The notes under the pieces: generated by a model
What the model was told of the DNA's origin: nothing
What the model saw: the letters and a program-made list of their open reading frames with translations, nothing else
Database searches by the model: none
Position numbers and translations under genes: made by a program
Part shown: positions 15,561-26,394 of the stretch, piece by piece
Layout of the letters: the number at the start of each line of letters is the position of its first letter
Position numbering within the stretch: position 1 is the first letter of the stretch
Virus record (IMG/VR): IMGVR_UViG_3300048009_000750
From: an uncultured virus (IMG/VR IMGVR_UViG_3300048009_000750)
Taxonomy: Duplodnaviria > Heunggongvirae > Uroviricota > Caudoviricetes
DNA: 64,000 bases
Direction: 5' to 3' (one strand)

Positions 15561-16405
15561 TCTTTTTCTATAAGACTCATTATTTCTGTGTTTGTAATAT
15601 CTTCTTTACCATATAAACGCTGAGAAGCAATGTCTGCATTTTTAAAATACTTGTTAGACATCTCGTCTAAAAAATCTTCTAAATGACTTGAATTAGGTAT
15701 TTGACTTTTAGATATCATTGCATTCACAAGATTTATATATCCTTGAACTTCTAGCATTGCTACTTGGGGATGTACACCATACTGTTGCATATATTCTATG
15801 GTGCTAGTTGACACACGACCGCCATCCATTAAGTTACGATACATTAATTCAAAGCCACGTCTTACGTGATGTTGTTTTTCGCTGTCTTCGAATTCTTGTT
15901 CAGTCCAGTCTTCTACATTGTAATTTTCTTTTAGATTATTATATGCATTTACAAGTGTTGCAATATCTTTAAATGATCCATTTATCTTGCTTTCCATCAT
16001 TTCGATACTTACAAATGCACTACGTAATTTTGCACTTGTAACTCCGTCGTCTGGATTGTCATCTAATTTTTGTTGAAGCTTTTCAATTCTTTTTAATGCC
16101 TTAGCGTGACTAACCTGAGCTTCTGCTAATGCCATTTTACGTTTTGCTGTTTCAGCAAGGACCTGTCTCATTACACGCATTGGAGATTGTCCATTGAGCA
16201 TTGTAAGACTCATCATAGTTAGTGTTGACTGCGAATTGTTCCTATCAAAGTATTTTGTCTTTTGCTCTAATTCAGGCAAAAATTCATTTACAATAGCAAC
16301 AGCTTGTGGATTAATTTTACTAGAAGATATAGGTGTGATTCCAAATGTAACTGGATCAATCTGTTTTATTTCTGTGCTAGATTTAGGTTTTGCAATTTCT
16401 GTCAT
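15557..16405 (-). CDS. Hypothetical coiled-coil protein in the tail-fibre operon
   Basis: 282-aa helical ORF; TAAGTA element 4 nt upstream. Confidence 0.8.
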   Translation of the reverse strand: MTEIAKPKSSTEIKQIDPVTFGITPISSSKINPQAVAIVNEFLPELEQKTKYFDRNNSQSTLTMMSLTMLNGQSPMRVMRQVLAETAKRKMALAEAQVSHAKALKRIEKLQQKLDDNPDDGVTSAKLRSAFVSIEMMESKINGSFKDIATLVNAYNNLKENYNVEDWTEQEFEDSEKQHHVRRGFELMYRNLMDGGRVSTSTIEYMQQYGVHPQVAMLEVQGYINLVNAMISKSQIPNSSHLEDFLDEMSNKYFKNADIASQRLYGKEDITNTEIMSLIEKD

Positions 16406-16429
16406 ACTGTACTTATAGACGAATATAAA

Positions 16430-18847
16430 CTACGATGCACTTCCTGATACACCACTTGCAGTTCCTTTGGCTATGGTTAAGTCTCCAAAATCTGTTGCAT
16501 TGCCGGGCGTATCTATTGTAATGTATTCCATATCAACAACATAACCACCTGAACGTTGTAAGCCTGTAAACATACCTCTACTGCCGTTGGTAGTAGAAGC
16601 CATATTAATTGCCCCTGCTGTCATATCACCAAAGTCAGTGGCATTGGCTGTGGTTTGCACTGTAATTTTTTGAAGAACATTTGAATGTACATAGTTAGTA
16701 TCAGGATAACCACCGCCAAACACACCTATTGTATCATTACCGACATTACCTCTACTACCATATAGTATTTGTTGTAATGGATCTCCGAAGTCTGTAGCAT
16801 TACCTGGAGTTGCCATTGTAATATAATCCATATTGTTTAAGAAACCACTTTGAGGCTGACCGGCAATACTTACACCACGTGTGGCATCATTTGTTGACGT
16901 AGCATATCTAACAACAGATAATGTTAAATCACCAAAGTCCACAGCATTACCTGGTGTATCAATAGTAACACGGTCAATTACATTTGAACCATAGCTACTT
17001 TGTATTTGACCACCCATAAATATACCATATGTTCCATCACCAACACCGGTTAGTCCAGTTCTACCATATTCGCTTCCGTTATCGCCAGTTACGTCACCAA
17101 AGTCTGTAGCATCTCCTAGTGTAGCACAAGTAATATAATCTATAACATTTGTAGGTCCTGCAGGTATACCGCCTGATGCATATAATGCTCTTGTACCGTT
17201 ACTAGCAGCAGCACCATTATTTCTTGCTTGGGTTAAATTTCCAAAATCAGCAGCATTCCCAGGGGTAGTGATATCATAATATTCTATATCATCAACACGG
17301 CCTGAAGTTTCACCTCCCATAGCAAATCCACGGTCTCCGCCCCAAGCAATACTTGAGCCACCACCACTTGAACCACCGGTAATTGGATCAACGTCTTTAG
17401 TAAATGTATTTGTAAAAATTGGCAACAATGCATAACTGCCGCTGTTGTAATCAGCAGTTTCAAAATCGCTACTAACATCTGACATACTATAGGTAGTGTG
17501 TGTAATAGCAGAAGGACTGTATGCGTAATCAACTGCTGTTCTATCAGTAATTACTAAATCAGTAAATGTTCCTGCTTCAAGTATAGCTGGTAATTTAAAT
17601 ATTGATGTTCTTGCAGATCCTGTTTTAGACATCTGAAACCCAAGTAATATATTACCATTACTATCTATATCCATTGTGTTAATTGAATTATATAATGTGT
17701 AACCATTACCTCCGGCTATGCCCCATTGATTTTGAATCACACCCGAAGAATTATATTTGGTCAATACAAAATTGTATGGTGTGGCTGGACCATAAGGACC
17801 ACATAACCATATGTTGTCGTCATTATCAACAACCATTCCTTTAATGTCATCTACACCTGTTCCTGGGTTTGTTCCAGTATTAAGTTGTTTAGACCAAGCT
17901 ATAGTACCGTCAGCAGTATTAAGTTTTGCTATCGTACCTGAACTAGGACTTTGTCCAGTATAACCAGATACATAAACATTTCCACTAGAATCCAAATCAA
18001 ACTGATAACCACGATCACTATTATATGTAGTGTCTGAATACATTTTAGTCCATTGTATTGCAAATGAACTATTTAATTTTTGTACCCCAACTCCTGAGTT
18101 AGAACTGTTAGGGTCATATACTTGCCACAATAGATATATATTTCCACTAGCATCTAACTTCATACCATAAATGTTATCCTGTTTGGTATCTGGAGACTTT
18201 GTGCGTTTGTGCATAGACATTAAAGCACCGTTGCTGCCATTTATTTTCGCAATATGTAAATTGCTTTCGGTATTTGTACCTTTGTATCTTCCTATTAACC
18301 AAAGATTTCCGTCACTATCTGCTACACTATTTGATATTGAATTATCAAACCCATCATTAACACTTCCTATACTGGTTTTCTTAATAACTTTCATCCAATC
18401 AACGGAACCATCAGATTTAGCAAACTTAGCAGCTATACTAGCAGCTACATTTGTTCTACCTGCCGCAGCTTCATTTGCTCCCCATCCAAAATCATTACCT
18501 GTTGCAAAAAGACTGGTTCCGTTTGCTGAAGCACTATAAAATCTAGCATAATATGCATTAGCATTAAGTTGTTTGACCCACTGTACATCACCGTCAGTAT
18601 CTGTTAACATTGCAAAGCCTATATCGTCTGCATTTTCATTACCTGATACAAAAACGCCGCCATCTGATAATCCTGCAACGCCTCTTATACCAAATGATGG
18701 GCCACCTCCACTAGAGGAGTCACTAATTATTGTATTAGCTTGCCAACCGTCAGCACTTGGGCTACTACTACCTCCGCCACCACCAGTACCTGGTAATATT
18801 ACTCTAGCGTTTGTAAATCCTGCACTTATGGCTGCTAAAAATGGCAT
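16430..18847 (-). CDS. Virion adhesin-like protein with two beta-propeller-type regions
   Basis: DSxGN / W-x-K blade repeats, Gly/Ser linkers, then six GNAxDFGD-like repeats. Confidence 0.75.
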   Translation of the reverse strand: MPFLAAISAGFTNARVILPGTGGGGGSSSPSADGWQANTIISDSSSGGGPSFGIRGVAGLSDGGVFVSGNENADDIGFAMLTDTDGDVQWVKQLNANAYYARFYSASANGTSLFATGNDFGWGANEAAAGRTNVAASIAAKFAKSDGSVDWMKVIKKTSIGSVNDGFDNSISNSVADSDGNLWLIGRYKGTNTESNLHIAKINGSNGALMSMHKRTKSPDTKQDNIYGMKLDASGNIYLLWQVYDPNSSNSGVGVQKLNSSFAIQWTKMYSDTTYNSDRGYQFDLDSSGNVYVSGYTGQSPSSGTIAKLNTADGTIAWSKQLNTGTNPGTGVDDIKGMVVDNDDNIWLCGPYGPATPYNFVLTKYNSSGVIQNQWGIAGGNGYTLYNSINTMDIDSNGNILLGFQMSKTGSARTSIFKLPAILEAGTFTDLVITDRTAVDYAYSPSAITHTTYSMSDVSSDFETADYNSGSYALLPIFTNTFTKDVDPITGGSSGGGSSIAWGGDRGFAMGGETSGRVDDIEYYDITTPGNAADFGNLTQARNNGAAASNGTRALYASGGIPAGPTNVIDYITCATLGDATDFGDVTGDNGSEYGRTGLTGVGDGTYGIFMGGQIQSSYGSNVIDRVTIDTPGNAVDFGDLTLSVVRYATSTNDATRGVSIAGQPQSGFLNNMDYITMATPGNATDFGDPLQQILYGSRGNVGNDTIGVFGGGYPDTNYVHSNVLQKITVQTTANATDFGDMTAGAINMASTTNGSRGMFTGLQRSGGYVVDMEYITIDTPGNATDFGDLTIAKGTASGVSGSAS

Positions 18848-18856
18848 ATTAATTCC

Positions 18857-21586
18857 TTATGAATAAGATGTAAGCTGTCCTAAAACTACGTAAGCACCGC
18901 CTGATTGTGTAATACTGAAACTTACTATGTCAGTTCCACTTGTTGTTCCTGTTGGCGCACTACCACCTTGCCACAATATAGTTTGTGCTGCTCCACCTAT
19001 TTGGACTGCTGTTGGAATATATGCTGTGCCGCCTTGTGTAAGTATTAGTGCGATCATTGTTCCGTGATCGTTTGTTAAACCTAAGTTAGTAAAGTTTGCA
19101 GTAAAATCTGCTGCAATACTTGCGTGTTTGAATATATGTCCATTAGCACAATCGTGAGCAACAGTTCCGGTTGCACCTGTTAAATTACTAAATCCTTCGA
19201 TTACGCCTTTTTCAAACACTGCAATACCATTGGTTGTTGTAGTACCTGTAACTGTTAAGTTACTGCTGAGTGCTACATTACCGCTTATGTCTGCACTTGT
19301 AGCTTGTATATTATTGTCAACCACAAGATTATTTTGAACTGTTAAGTCGCTGCTCATTGTAACAGCAGGTGTTACTGTTATTCCACTACTGTCAGTTGTA
19401 TCAATAATACTAGACGCTAAACTAAAGTTGCCAATGTTTCCAACCAAAGTACCTTGGAAGTTTGTTGCATATACATCACCGTCTACATCTAAGATACCGT
19501 TAGCAGGTACTTTACCAATACCAACTTTGTCTTCTCCAGAATCAACAAACACAAGCAATCCGTCATTAGAACCTTTTATGTTAAAATCAATTCCTGCGTT
19601 ACTGCTGGGGTTAATTACCATACCACTTTTTGCAAGTGAACTACCGTTTATTTCAAATATTTCTGTTAGTGTACCATTTACTCGTGTTGCCCACTTAACC
19701 TCACCGTTGTTGGCGTAATCGTCTGGCCCTGTTTTAAATGTAACTTTATTAAATTCGTTTGTGCCGTTTGAAGCAATTATACTACCAATGGTTTCGTCGT
19801 TGCCACTAACAACAGTTTTAAAAGTTAAGTTTTTGTTTGTGTCTAATTCAATGTTACCATTACCTGTGATATCATTTCCGTTGAGATCTAAACCACCTCC
19901 AAGTTGCGGAGTAGTATCTGTAACAATATCTCCTGCAGGTATATTAGTAAGGTTACCTGCATCAAGAGCAGGTAATGCTCCACTTAAATTTGCTGCTGGT
20001 ATAGTATTGTTTACACCATCTACAAGCACTGTACTGTCATCTCCAAACACACTACCAGTGATATCACCGTCGTACTTGTCATCATTCCAATGTCTAACAA
20101 AGATGTATTCGTCACCTAATGCACCTGCTTCTTTCCATCTTTCGATTTCATAGATATCAAATCTTCCAGTTTGAGTTTTAGGTACAGCTCCACCGGCCCA
20201 GTTAATAGTTTTTGAAACACCGTCTAGTTTTAATGCTGTCATTCCTACACCAGGTGATATATTATTGTTTACAACAATAATCCATTTATTATATACAGAA
20301 GTAACAGTTGGTACGCTTGTAATATCTGCTGTAAAATTATTGTTTACATTTTCTAAAGTCCATCTACCAGATGATCCATACACTCCAGCATCCAAATTAA
20401 ATGTAACATCATCACCTTCAGAAATTGTCAAAGGTGTATCATACATATGACTGTTGAGTGTTACTCCAGGGCCAGTAGCAGCCAAACCTGCACGGAAAGT
20501 AATACTATGATCTATTTGATTTGTATTTTCCCATTTTTGTGATGAACTATCGTATGCTAATAGATAACCATTGATTGGTCCACTGTTTGCTTTAGTATCA
20601 ACGTCTGGTAATGTTGAAAGACTATTACCAGCAGTTAAAAGATGAGCATACCAAGTTTCATCTGATCCGCCATCACCTCTAAAGCAATATATTTCATATA
20701 CATCATATATATCTTCTCCACTTACTGATGGCAAAGATCCGTTTATCCAGTTTACTGTTTGTGTTGATCCAAATCTTTTTATTCCAGAAATACTACCTTT
20801 AGTGGCACCAGATGTATTATCGATTATAATTCTAAAATACGACGATGTGTTGATGTTTGTTGGTCCTGGAGTTAGGTTAGCAACAAAGTCTGTACCCGGA
20901 TTATTTACTTGCCATTCAATTCCTGCATCGGTTCCGGAAGTTGTTGGAAAATCTACTGTATCTCCTGAACTTATTGAACCAATTGTAATTAAAGCATTTC
21001 TATATTCAATATAGCGATTTGTACGGAATCCCGATAAGAAAGATGTTGCACTTGAATTAAAGTCCCAAGTGTTTATCCAAGCCGAACCGTTCCATTGTAA
21101 ATGTTGGCCGGCACTAGCACCTGATACACTAGTAGTTAGATAGCCTGAATCATTTGTCCATTGCGAAATGTTACCTGTTTTATTAGTAAGTGCATTAGAT
21201 GAACTACCTGTCATAAAACCAGTGTTGCTATTATTGTAGTTTGCAAGATCAGTATCAATAGCAGCAGTAATATTGTCACCTGCGACGGTTAAGGTGACAT
21301 TTGTTCCTGCTACAAGAGTTACTGAATCGTTTGTTGAATCACTGCCAGTGAGTGTGATATTTGCATCACTACCACTTGCTGTTGTTCCGAATGTATATGT
21401 AGTATTAGCATCTCCATCTACTGCATCGGGTGTAAAATACGACAGGCTGGTCCAGGCAGTACTGCCATTTCCTATTTTCATATACCCTGTATCTGTTTCA
21501 TACGCCAATTCACCATCACTGAGCGTTGGATTTGCACTCGTCCAGTTTGTTGCCGTGTCTCTTCTAACTTGTAATTTTGTCGCCAT
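18857..21586 (-). CDS. Tail fibre protein with Mtd-N-like N-terminal domain
   Basis: LQVRRDTATNWTSANPTLSDGELAYETDTG...KIGNG; DTTPQLGGGLDLNG fibre motif. Confidence 0.85.
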   Translation of the reverse strand: MATKLQVRRDTATNWTSANPTLSDGELAYETDTGYMKIGNGSTAWTSLSYFTPDAVDGDANTTYTFGTTASGSDANITLTGSDSTNDSVTLVAGTNVTLTVAGDNITAAIDTDLANYNNSNTGFMTGSSSNALTNKTGNISQWTNDSGYLTTSVSGASAGQHLQWNGSAWINTWDFNSSATSFLSGFRTNRYIEYRNALITIGSISSGDTVDFPTTSGTDAGIEWQVNNPGTDFVANLTPGPTNINTSSYFRIIIDNTSGATKGSISGIKRFGSTQTVNWINGSLPSVSGEDIYDVYEIYCFRGDGGSDETWYAHLLTAGNSLSTLPDVDTKANSGPINGYLLAYDSSSQKWENTNQIDHSITFRAGLAATGPGVTLNSHMYDTPLTISEGDDVTFNLDAGVYGSSGRWTLENVNNNFTADITSVPTVTSVYNKWIIVVNNNISPGVGMTALKLDGVSKTINWAGGAVPKTQTGRFDIYEIERWKEAGALGDEYIFVRHWNDDKYDGDITGSVFGDDSTVLVDGVNNTIPAANLSGALPALDAGNLTNIPAGDIVTDTTPQLGGGLDLNGNDITGNGNIELDTNKNLTFKTVVSGNDETIGSIIASNGTNEFNKVTFKTGPDDYANNGEVKWATRVNGTLTEIFEINGSSLAKSGMVINPSSNAGIDFNIKGSNDGLLVFVDSGEDKVGIGKVPANGILDVDGDVYATNFQGTLVGNIGNFSLASSIIDTTDSSGITVTPAVTMSSDLTVQNNLVVDNNIQATSADISGNVALSSNLTVTGTTTTNGIAVFEKGVIEGFSNLTGATGTVAHDCANGHIFKHASIAADFTANFTNLGLTNDHGTMIALILTQGGTAYIPTAVQIGGAAQTILWQGGSAPTGTTSGTDIVSFSITQSGGAYVVLGQLTSYS

Positions 21587-22863
21587 TATGCGCTTCCTCC
21601 GTCTAGGATTAAATCTCCATTTGTATATACCGCGGTTGCATTACCTCCGTCAATGATATAAACATCATTACCGTTTGTACCGTTGACCCATTCACTTGCT
21701 GTGCTATCATAAATTAATGCTTGACCATTTTGTACACTAGTAATATTTACACTATCTACAGTATCTGTAATGCCGTAACCGGCTACTGTTGTTGGTTTTC
21801 CTGTTAAATCGGCAAAACTAGCATTGAATGTGGAAACTGGTGTTCCACCAATTGTACTGCCAGTTGGTAGTTCTACAATGCCACCTGATCCAGATGATAT
21901 TGTAGATGTGCCTAAATATATTGTATTGCCGCTTAGATACAAATCTTTGAATCTAGCACTTGCACTACCGAGATCGTATGCCTCGTTAGTATCAGGTGTT
22001 AATGTGCCAGTAACCGTACCCGCAATCGTTGTTATGTATGAGCTATTATCATAACTCCAAGTACCTGACCCGTCGTTCTTTAAAAATCCTGTGCCGTCTG
22101 CAATGTTAGAAACTGTTGCAGCCGTGAATACTGGATCAGTTTCTGTTTGTAAATAACGTCCATCTAAACTAACAGTTAAGTCCGCTAATGAGCCTGTACG
22201 ACCTAGTGTAAGTGTACCGCCTGAAAACCCAACTGTGTCTACATAATCATTAGTATCAGTATCATCTAGTAATGCACTAAAGTCTACAGTAAATGTACTT
22301 GCGTCATCTCTGCTAAATGTTGCTATACCGGTTCCTGCATTCAATGTACCCGATGTCAGTCGTGCCAGATTAGTATCATCTAAATATAAACTCAAATCTA
22401 TAGTATTAGCTGTACCAGCTTCGTCTGTATATGTTAGTACATTAGCATTTATTGACAAACTTGTTAATGTTTCTTCTGCAGAAATATCAGGTGGTGTATA
22501 GACAAATTGACCTGTACTATCGTCGTATGCAACACCTCCTGTACCACTTGCACTTGCATTTGAGCCTATACTAATATCTGTTAACTCTATTTTGTTACTA
22601 CTATCTGCAGGTGTAAATGTAAATGTAGAAGTACCTGCTGCAAATGATAACGAACCGTTTCCGGATGGTGAATTTGTTGTGATACTAATATCGTCAAAAC
22701 TACCTTTGATTGCATAAGCCAATGCAGTCCAAGCAGTTGTACCGTCACCTACTTTAATAAACCCAGTGTCTGTTTCGTAGCCTTGTTCACCAGCTGCTAA
22801 AACTGTATTTGCTGCTGTCCACTGAGCCGCTGTACCTCTTCTTATTTGTAATGTTACTGCCAT
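21586..22863 (-). CDS. Tail fibre protein with Mtd-N-like N-terminal domain
   Basis: LQIRRGTAAQWTAANTVLAAGEQGYETDTG; YDLGS...RFKDLYLSG; GKPTTVAGYGITD. Confidence 0.85.
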   Translation of the reverse strand: MAVTLQIRRGTAAQWTAANTVLAAGEQGYETDTGFIKVGDGTTAWTALAYAIKGSFDDISITTNSPSGNGSLSFAAGTSTFTFTPADSSNKIELTDISIGSNASASGTGGVAYDDSTGQFVYTPPDISAEETLTSLSINANVLTYTDEAGTANTIDLSLYLDDTNLARLTSGTLNAGTGIATFSRDDASTFTVDFSALLDDTDTNDYVDTVGFSGGTLTLGRTGSLADLTVSLDGRYLQTETDPVFTAATVSNIADGTGFLKNDGSGTWSYDNSSYITTIAGTVTGTLTPDTNEAYDLGSASARFKDLYLSGNTIYLGTSTISSGSGGIVELPTGSTIGGTPVSTFNASFADLTGKPTTVAGYGITDTVDSVNITSVQNGQALIYDSTASEWVNGTNGNDVYIIDGGNATAVYTNGDLILDGGSA

Positions 22864-24701
22864 TATGGAGCTCCTCCATCAAGTACCAAGTCACTACCGC
22901 TTGTGTAAACTTGTGGTGCTAATTGTATATCTTGCCATTCACCTGCTGCATTATTCCAAGCCATTAAAGCATTATTTGCAGGCGCTGTAATATTGAATGT
23001 ATCAAGATCATTTACTCCAAGATTGCTTAATGTACTACTACCAAAATCTAAGTTACCTGATCCAAAATTTACATCTCCTGCACCAAAGTTAATTGTTGTA
23101 CCATTATCATACGTAATATTTTTACTTGCATCAATAGTAATTGCATTATTCAATACCATAGTATTTGTATTACTTACAGAAAAAACATTAACACTATTGT
23201 TTGTTATATCGTATGAGTTAGATATCATATCAATATTATTGCTGTTGTCAACATTCATTACTTTTACACTGTTGTTTGTAATGTCATACGTGTTTGAAAC
23301 AAATGATACATTGTTACTTGCGTCAATGGTTAATACATTGTTTAAATTATATGTGTTTGCTGTATATGTTACATTGTTACTGTTATCAATTGTAAATGCA
23401 TTGTTTATAGTAAAATCATTAGTGGTATCTATATCAAATGTATTTGTTGTCATTGTAACATTATTGCTGTTATCAATTGTTAGTGCGTTGTTTACAGTAA
23501 AATTATTTGTTGTGTCAATATCATAATTTGCAGTTGTCATTGTTACATTATTTGATATATCAACATTCATTGTTTGAATATTGTTATTTTCAATATTCCA
23601 AGTTGTAGATTCAATAGTAACTCTATCGCCGTTGTCTATGTTAATTGTATTTTGTATATTTGTAGAATTGCTGTTAAGTGTAACATTGTTACTGTTATCA
23701 ATTGTTAACACGTTGTTCATATTAATGCTTGTTGAATTAGTAATAAAGTTTTGACTAGCATCAATATTTAAAACATTTGTTGAAGAATTATCAATAGTTA
23801 CAGCAGAACCGCCGATTGTAACCTCTGTATTTGTTACATCTATTTCTACCAAGTTGTTAAAATTAATGTTGCCGTTTTGTTGTATTATATTTCCATTAAT
23901 TGTAACAACTTGTGCGCCACTTACAGTGACAGCTTCGTTAACACCTAATGTTGCTTGGTTAGTGTTATCTAACGTAAACAAATCGTTATAGTTAACAGTA
24001 TTGTTTGCATTTATTATAAAAAATTCATTTATAGTAACATTGCCACTTGAGTCAATAGCAATTGCATCGTTAAGTCCCATATTAATATTATTAGACAAAT
24101 CTATACTAAAAATATTGTTTATGTTTGTAGCACCTGTTACTACTACATCGCCTGTAACTGCATTGATGTTAATATCGCCGTATGTCGGTCCTGCTAACAC
24201 AATGTCTATATCATTATTGTTAAATGTTATTGCATTATCATTGGTTGGCGAAGATATTGAAGGAATATTTAATTCAGTAGTTGTGTTGTTAATTATAAGT
24301 TGATTATTTAAATTAATATTATCAGCAGTCATTACAATATCGTTGTTAACGGTTGTAATGTTAATGTCACCAGATGTTGAAACAATATTGATTTCATTTT
24401 CTGCTGTCATATTGAGTTGATTAGCAATTGTCATAATTATGCTTTGATCAACATTTACAGTAAGGTTGTTGCTTAGATCAACTTGTAATTGTACTACAGT
24501 TTGATTACTGCTGTTTTGCAGATTAATATTTTGTGTTGTAGTTATTGTATTATCAATATCAACAGTAATAACGTTTTGTGTAATGCCAATAAGCGTAAAT
24601 ACATTAGTAAAATTGCTGTTAATTTTTACAAAGGCATCACGAATACATTCGCCGTCTGTTGCGAGTTTTCCTGATCCTACATTTACTAATTCAAAACTCA
24701 T
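22863..24701 (-). CDS. Asn/Thr/Ile-rich repetitive fibre protein (probable beta-solenoid)
   Basis: N-terminal DGE-IRDAFVKINSNF attachment-type motif; TIDNSNNVT repeats. Confidence 0.8.
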   Translation of the reverse strand: MSFELVNVGSGKLATDGECIRDAFVKINSNFTNVFTLIGITQNVITVDIDNTITTTQNINLQNSSNQTVVQLQVDLSNNLTVNVDQSIIMTIANQLNMTAENEINIVSTSGDINITTVNNDIVMTADNINLNNQLIINNTTTELNIPSISSPTNDNAITFNNNDIDIVLAGPTYGDININAVTGDVVVTGATNINNIFSIDLSNNINMGLNDAIAIDSSGNVTINEFFIINANNTVNYNDLFTLDNTNQATLGVNEAVTVSGAQVVTINGNIIQQNGNINFNNLVEIDVTNTEVTIGGSAVTIDNSSTNVLNIDASQNFITNSTSINMNNVLTIDNSNNVTLNSNSTNIQNTINIDNGDRVTIESTTWNIENNNIQTMNVDISNNVTMTTANYDIDTTNNFTVNNALTIDNSNNVTMTTNTFDIDTTNDFTINNAFTIDNSNNVTYTANTYNLNNVLTIDASNNVSFVSNTYDITNNSVKVMNVDNSNNIDMISNSYDITNNSVNVFSVSNTNTMVLNNAITIDASKNITYDNGTTINFGAGDVNFGSGNLDFGSSTLSNLGVNDLDTFNITAPANNALMAWNNAAGEWQDIQLAPQVYTSGSDLVLDGGAP

Positions 24702-24710
24702 TGTTATTCC

Positions 24711-25142
24711 TTAATGATTCATCTTAATACTATTAATTGTACCGCCTACCCAACGTGTGATATATGCACGTACCCAAGTGTAGTTGCCTACAAAGTTATA
24801 AATTTTAATACTTGTTTCTGGCTCGTCATATTGTAGTTTGAATGGTACTATTTCGCTTTGCCATAATCCTGTGGTAGAAACACAAACAGGTTTATCACTT
24901 AAAACGGGAGTCCAATCTGTTCCGTCATTACAATTAGTATAGAACGGATCTTGTGGATCAACTCCGAGTGTTCCTTCTATTTCAATGATGCCTACAAAGT
25001 TTGTCAGTCTGACTTGAACAGTGTGTAAACCGTCATCTCGGCTATAATATCCGTCGCCTTTAAACTTATCACCCCTAATAGTTTGTTCACTACTGTCTCC
25101 TGGGTGTGATTGTAATGATAATATTGTCTCACTGTTACTCAT
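24711..25142 (-). CDS. Hypothetical virion-associated protein
   Basis: TAAATA late-type element upstream; shares the GxIEIxGTL...W motif with its neighbour. Confidence 0.75.
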   Translation of the reverse strand: MSNSETILSLQSHPGDSSEQTIRGDKFKGDGYYSRDDGLHTVQVRLTNFVGIIEIEGTLGVDPQDPFYTNCNDGTDWTPVLSDKPVCVSTTGLWQSEIVPFKLQYDEPETSIKIYNFVGNYTWVRAYITRWVGGTINSIKMNH

Positions 25143-25170
25143 ACTTATATTTATCCATACTGGTTTTTTA

Positions 25171-25980
25171 TTAGTTTCTCACCAAAATCTTTAACAACTT
25201 TTCTTCAGGATCTGTATCTGCTATAAAGCGCAAATACGAATAAACGCCTTTAAACACATTTAGCACAGGTCGAACTTCAGTGCCATCAAATGCAATAGTG
25301 TCAATAGTGTACCAATCATTTGATCCGGTGACTTGATTATCTAAAGTTCCTTGTATTTCCACGTTTCCTATATATCCTTTATCATTGTAAGCATCGGTAT
25401 AGAAAGCAACAGTATGTACAGCTTCGTTTTTATTAATTTTAGGTTGTGCAGTGATTCTGTTTGCATCGTCGTACCCAGCAATCCACGTTTCATTTGTGGG
25501 CAACCAGTTAATAACTTTGTTGCTACTGCGTATTGTAGGATGTGTACAATCATCTACATATATGTGTCCACAGGCATCAAAGCCTCTGTTGGTGTATGTG
25601 ACTTCTCTTGTATCGCACGTTTCTAGTAGGTAGATTGTGTAGCTTAAATATTGCGACGGCAATGGCAATAAATCATTCTCGGTTATCGTTACATAAAACA
25701 AACCTTTGGTTGCTTTAGTTGATCCGTCATCTAATATGGTTGCATCATAAAGCAATACTTGATCTTTCTCTTCATCAAATGCTTCAAATTTTACTACCTT
25801 ACCGTTAATATCAATTGGCTTCTGATCAGCGTTGAGCATTCTAAATTGTACTTTATTGTCAACGCCCTTATATACTTTTACTTGTCTACTATACACTGGT
25901 CTATACTCCACAATGAATCCTACATCGTTTGATACAACGTCAATTTGATTTTTGTATAAATATCTTGGTATTAGTTGCAT
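25171..25980 (-). CDS. Hypothetical virion/baseplate-associated protein
   Basis: Start reassigned to ATG 25980 (AGGA SD, TAAATA upstream). Confidence 0.75.
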   Translation of the reverse strand: MQLIPRYLYKNQIDVVSNDVGFIVEYRPVYSRQVKVYKGVDNKVQFRMLNADQKPIDINGKVVKFEAFDEEKDQVLLYDATILDDGSTKATKGLFYVTITENDLLPLPSQYLSYTIYLLETCDTREVTYTNRGFDACGHIYVDDCTHPTIRSSNKVINWLPTNETWIAGYDDANRITAQPKINKNEAVHTVAFYTDAYNDKGYIGNVEIQGTLDNQVTGSNDWYTIDTIAFDGTEVRPVLNVFKGVYSYLRFIADTDPEEKLLKILVRN

Positions 25981-26028
25981 AAAGGATCCTATAACTATAT
26001 ACATATTTATTAAATATAATGAGAAAAA

Positions 26029-26394
26029 ATGTTATTGAAAGATATTGAAAAAAAATTTCCATATGTAAGTGTTGTTGCTTACGGTGGTAACGAATATGTA
26101 GGTATCGTTTCAAATCAAGATACCTTTGTGACAACAATGTATGTTTTTAATAAATTAAAAACAGATCAAGAAAAAAAGTATTTTTTAGAACTTGGTGAAG
26201 TTTGGTGGTGGGAATCAAACAGAATGATTCCAATTAATATATTTTTAAAATCAGAAATGTTACCTTTTAATTATTCAATGATGACTATGAATACAAAAGA
26301 TGTAAAAATATCTGTAGGCCCTTGTGTCAATTTAAATAATTTATCAAACAAAAGAATAAAAAGAAAAAGCGTACAAGTTTTAAGAAAACGCTAA
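26029..26394 (+). CDS. Hypothetical protein (WWWESNRMIPI motif)
   Basis: 121-aa ORF; divergent TAAATA at 26011. Confidence 0.8.
   Translation: MLLKDIEKKFPYVSVVAYGGNEYVGIVSNQDTFVTTMYVFNKLKTDQEKKYFLELGEVWWWESNRMIPINIFLKSEMLPFNYSMMTMNTKDVKISVGPCVNLNNLSNKRIKRKSVQVLRKR

Noticed and set aside
18857..22863. Diversity-generating retroelement suggested by the Mtd-N-like domains
   Set aside because: No reverse transcriptase and no TR/VR pair differing at adenines is visible; Mtd-N is a general fibre module
22993..24303. Long hydrophobic plus-strand ORFs (and similar antisense ORFs at 1456-2052 and 50130-50660)
   Set aside because: Antisense shadows of genuine genes with biased codon use; no start signals
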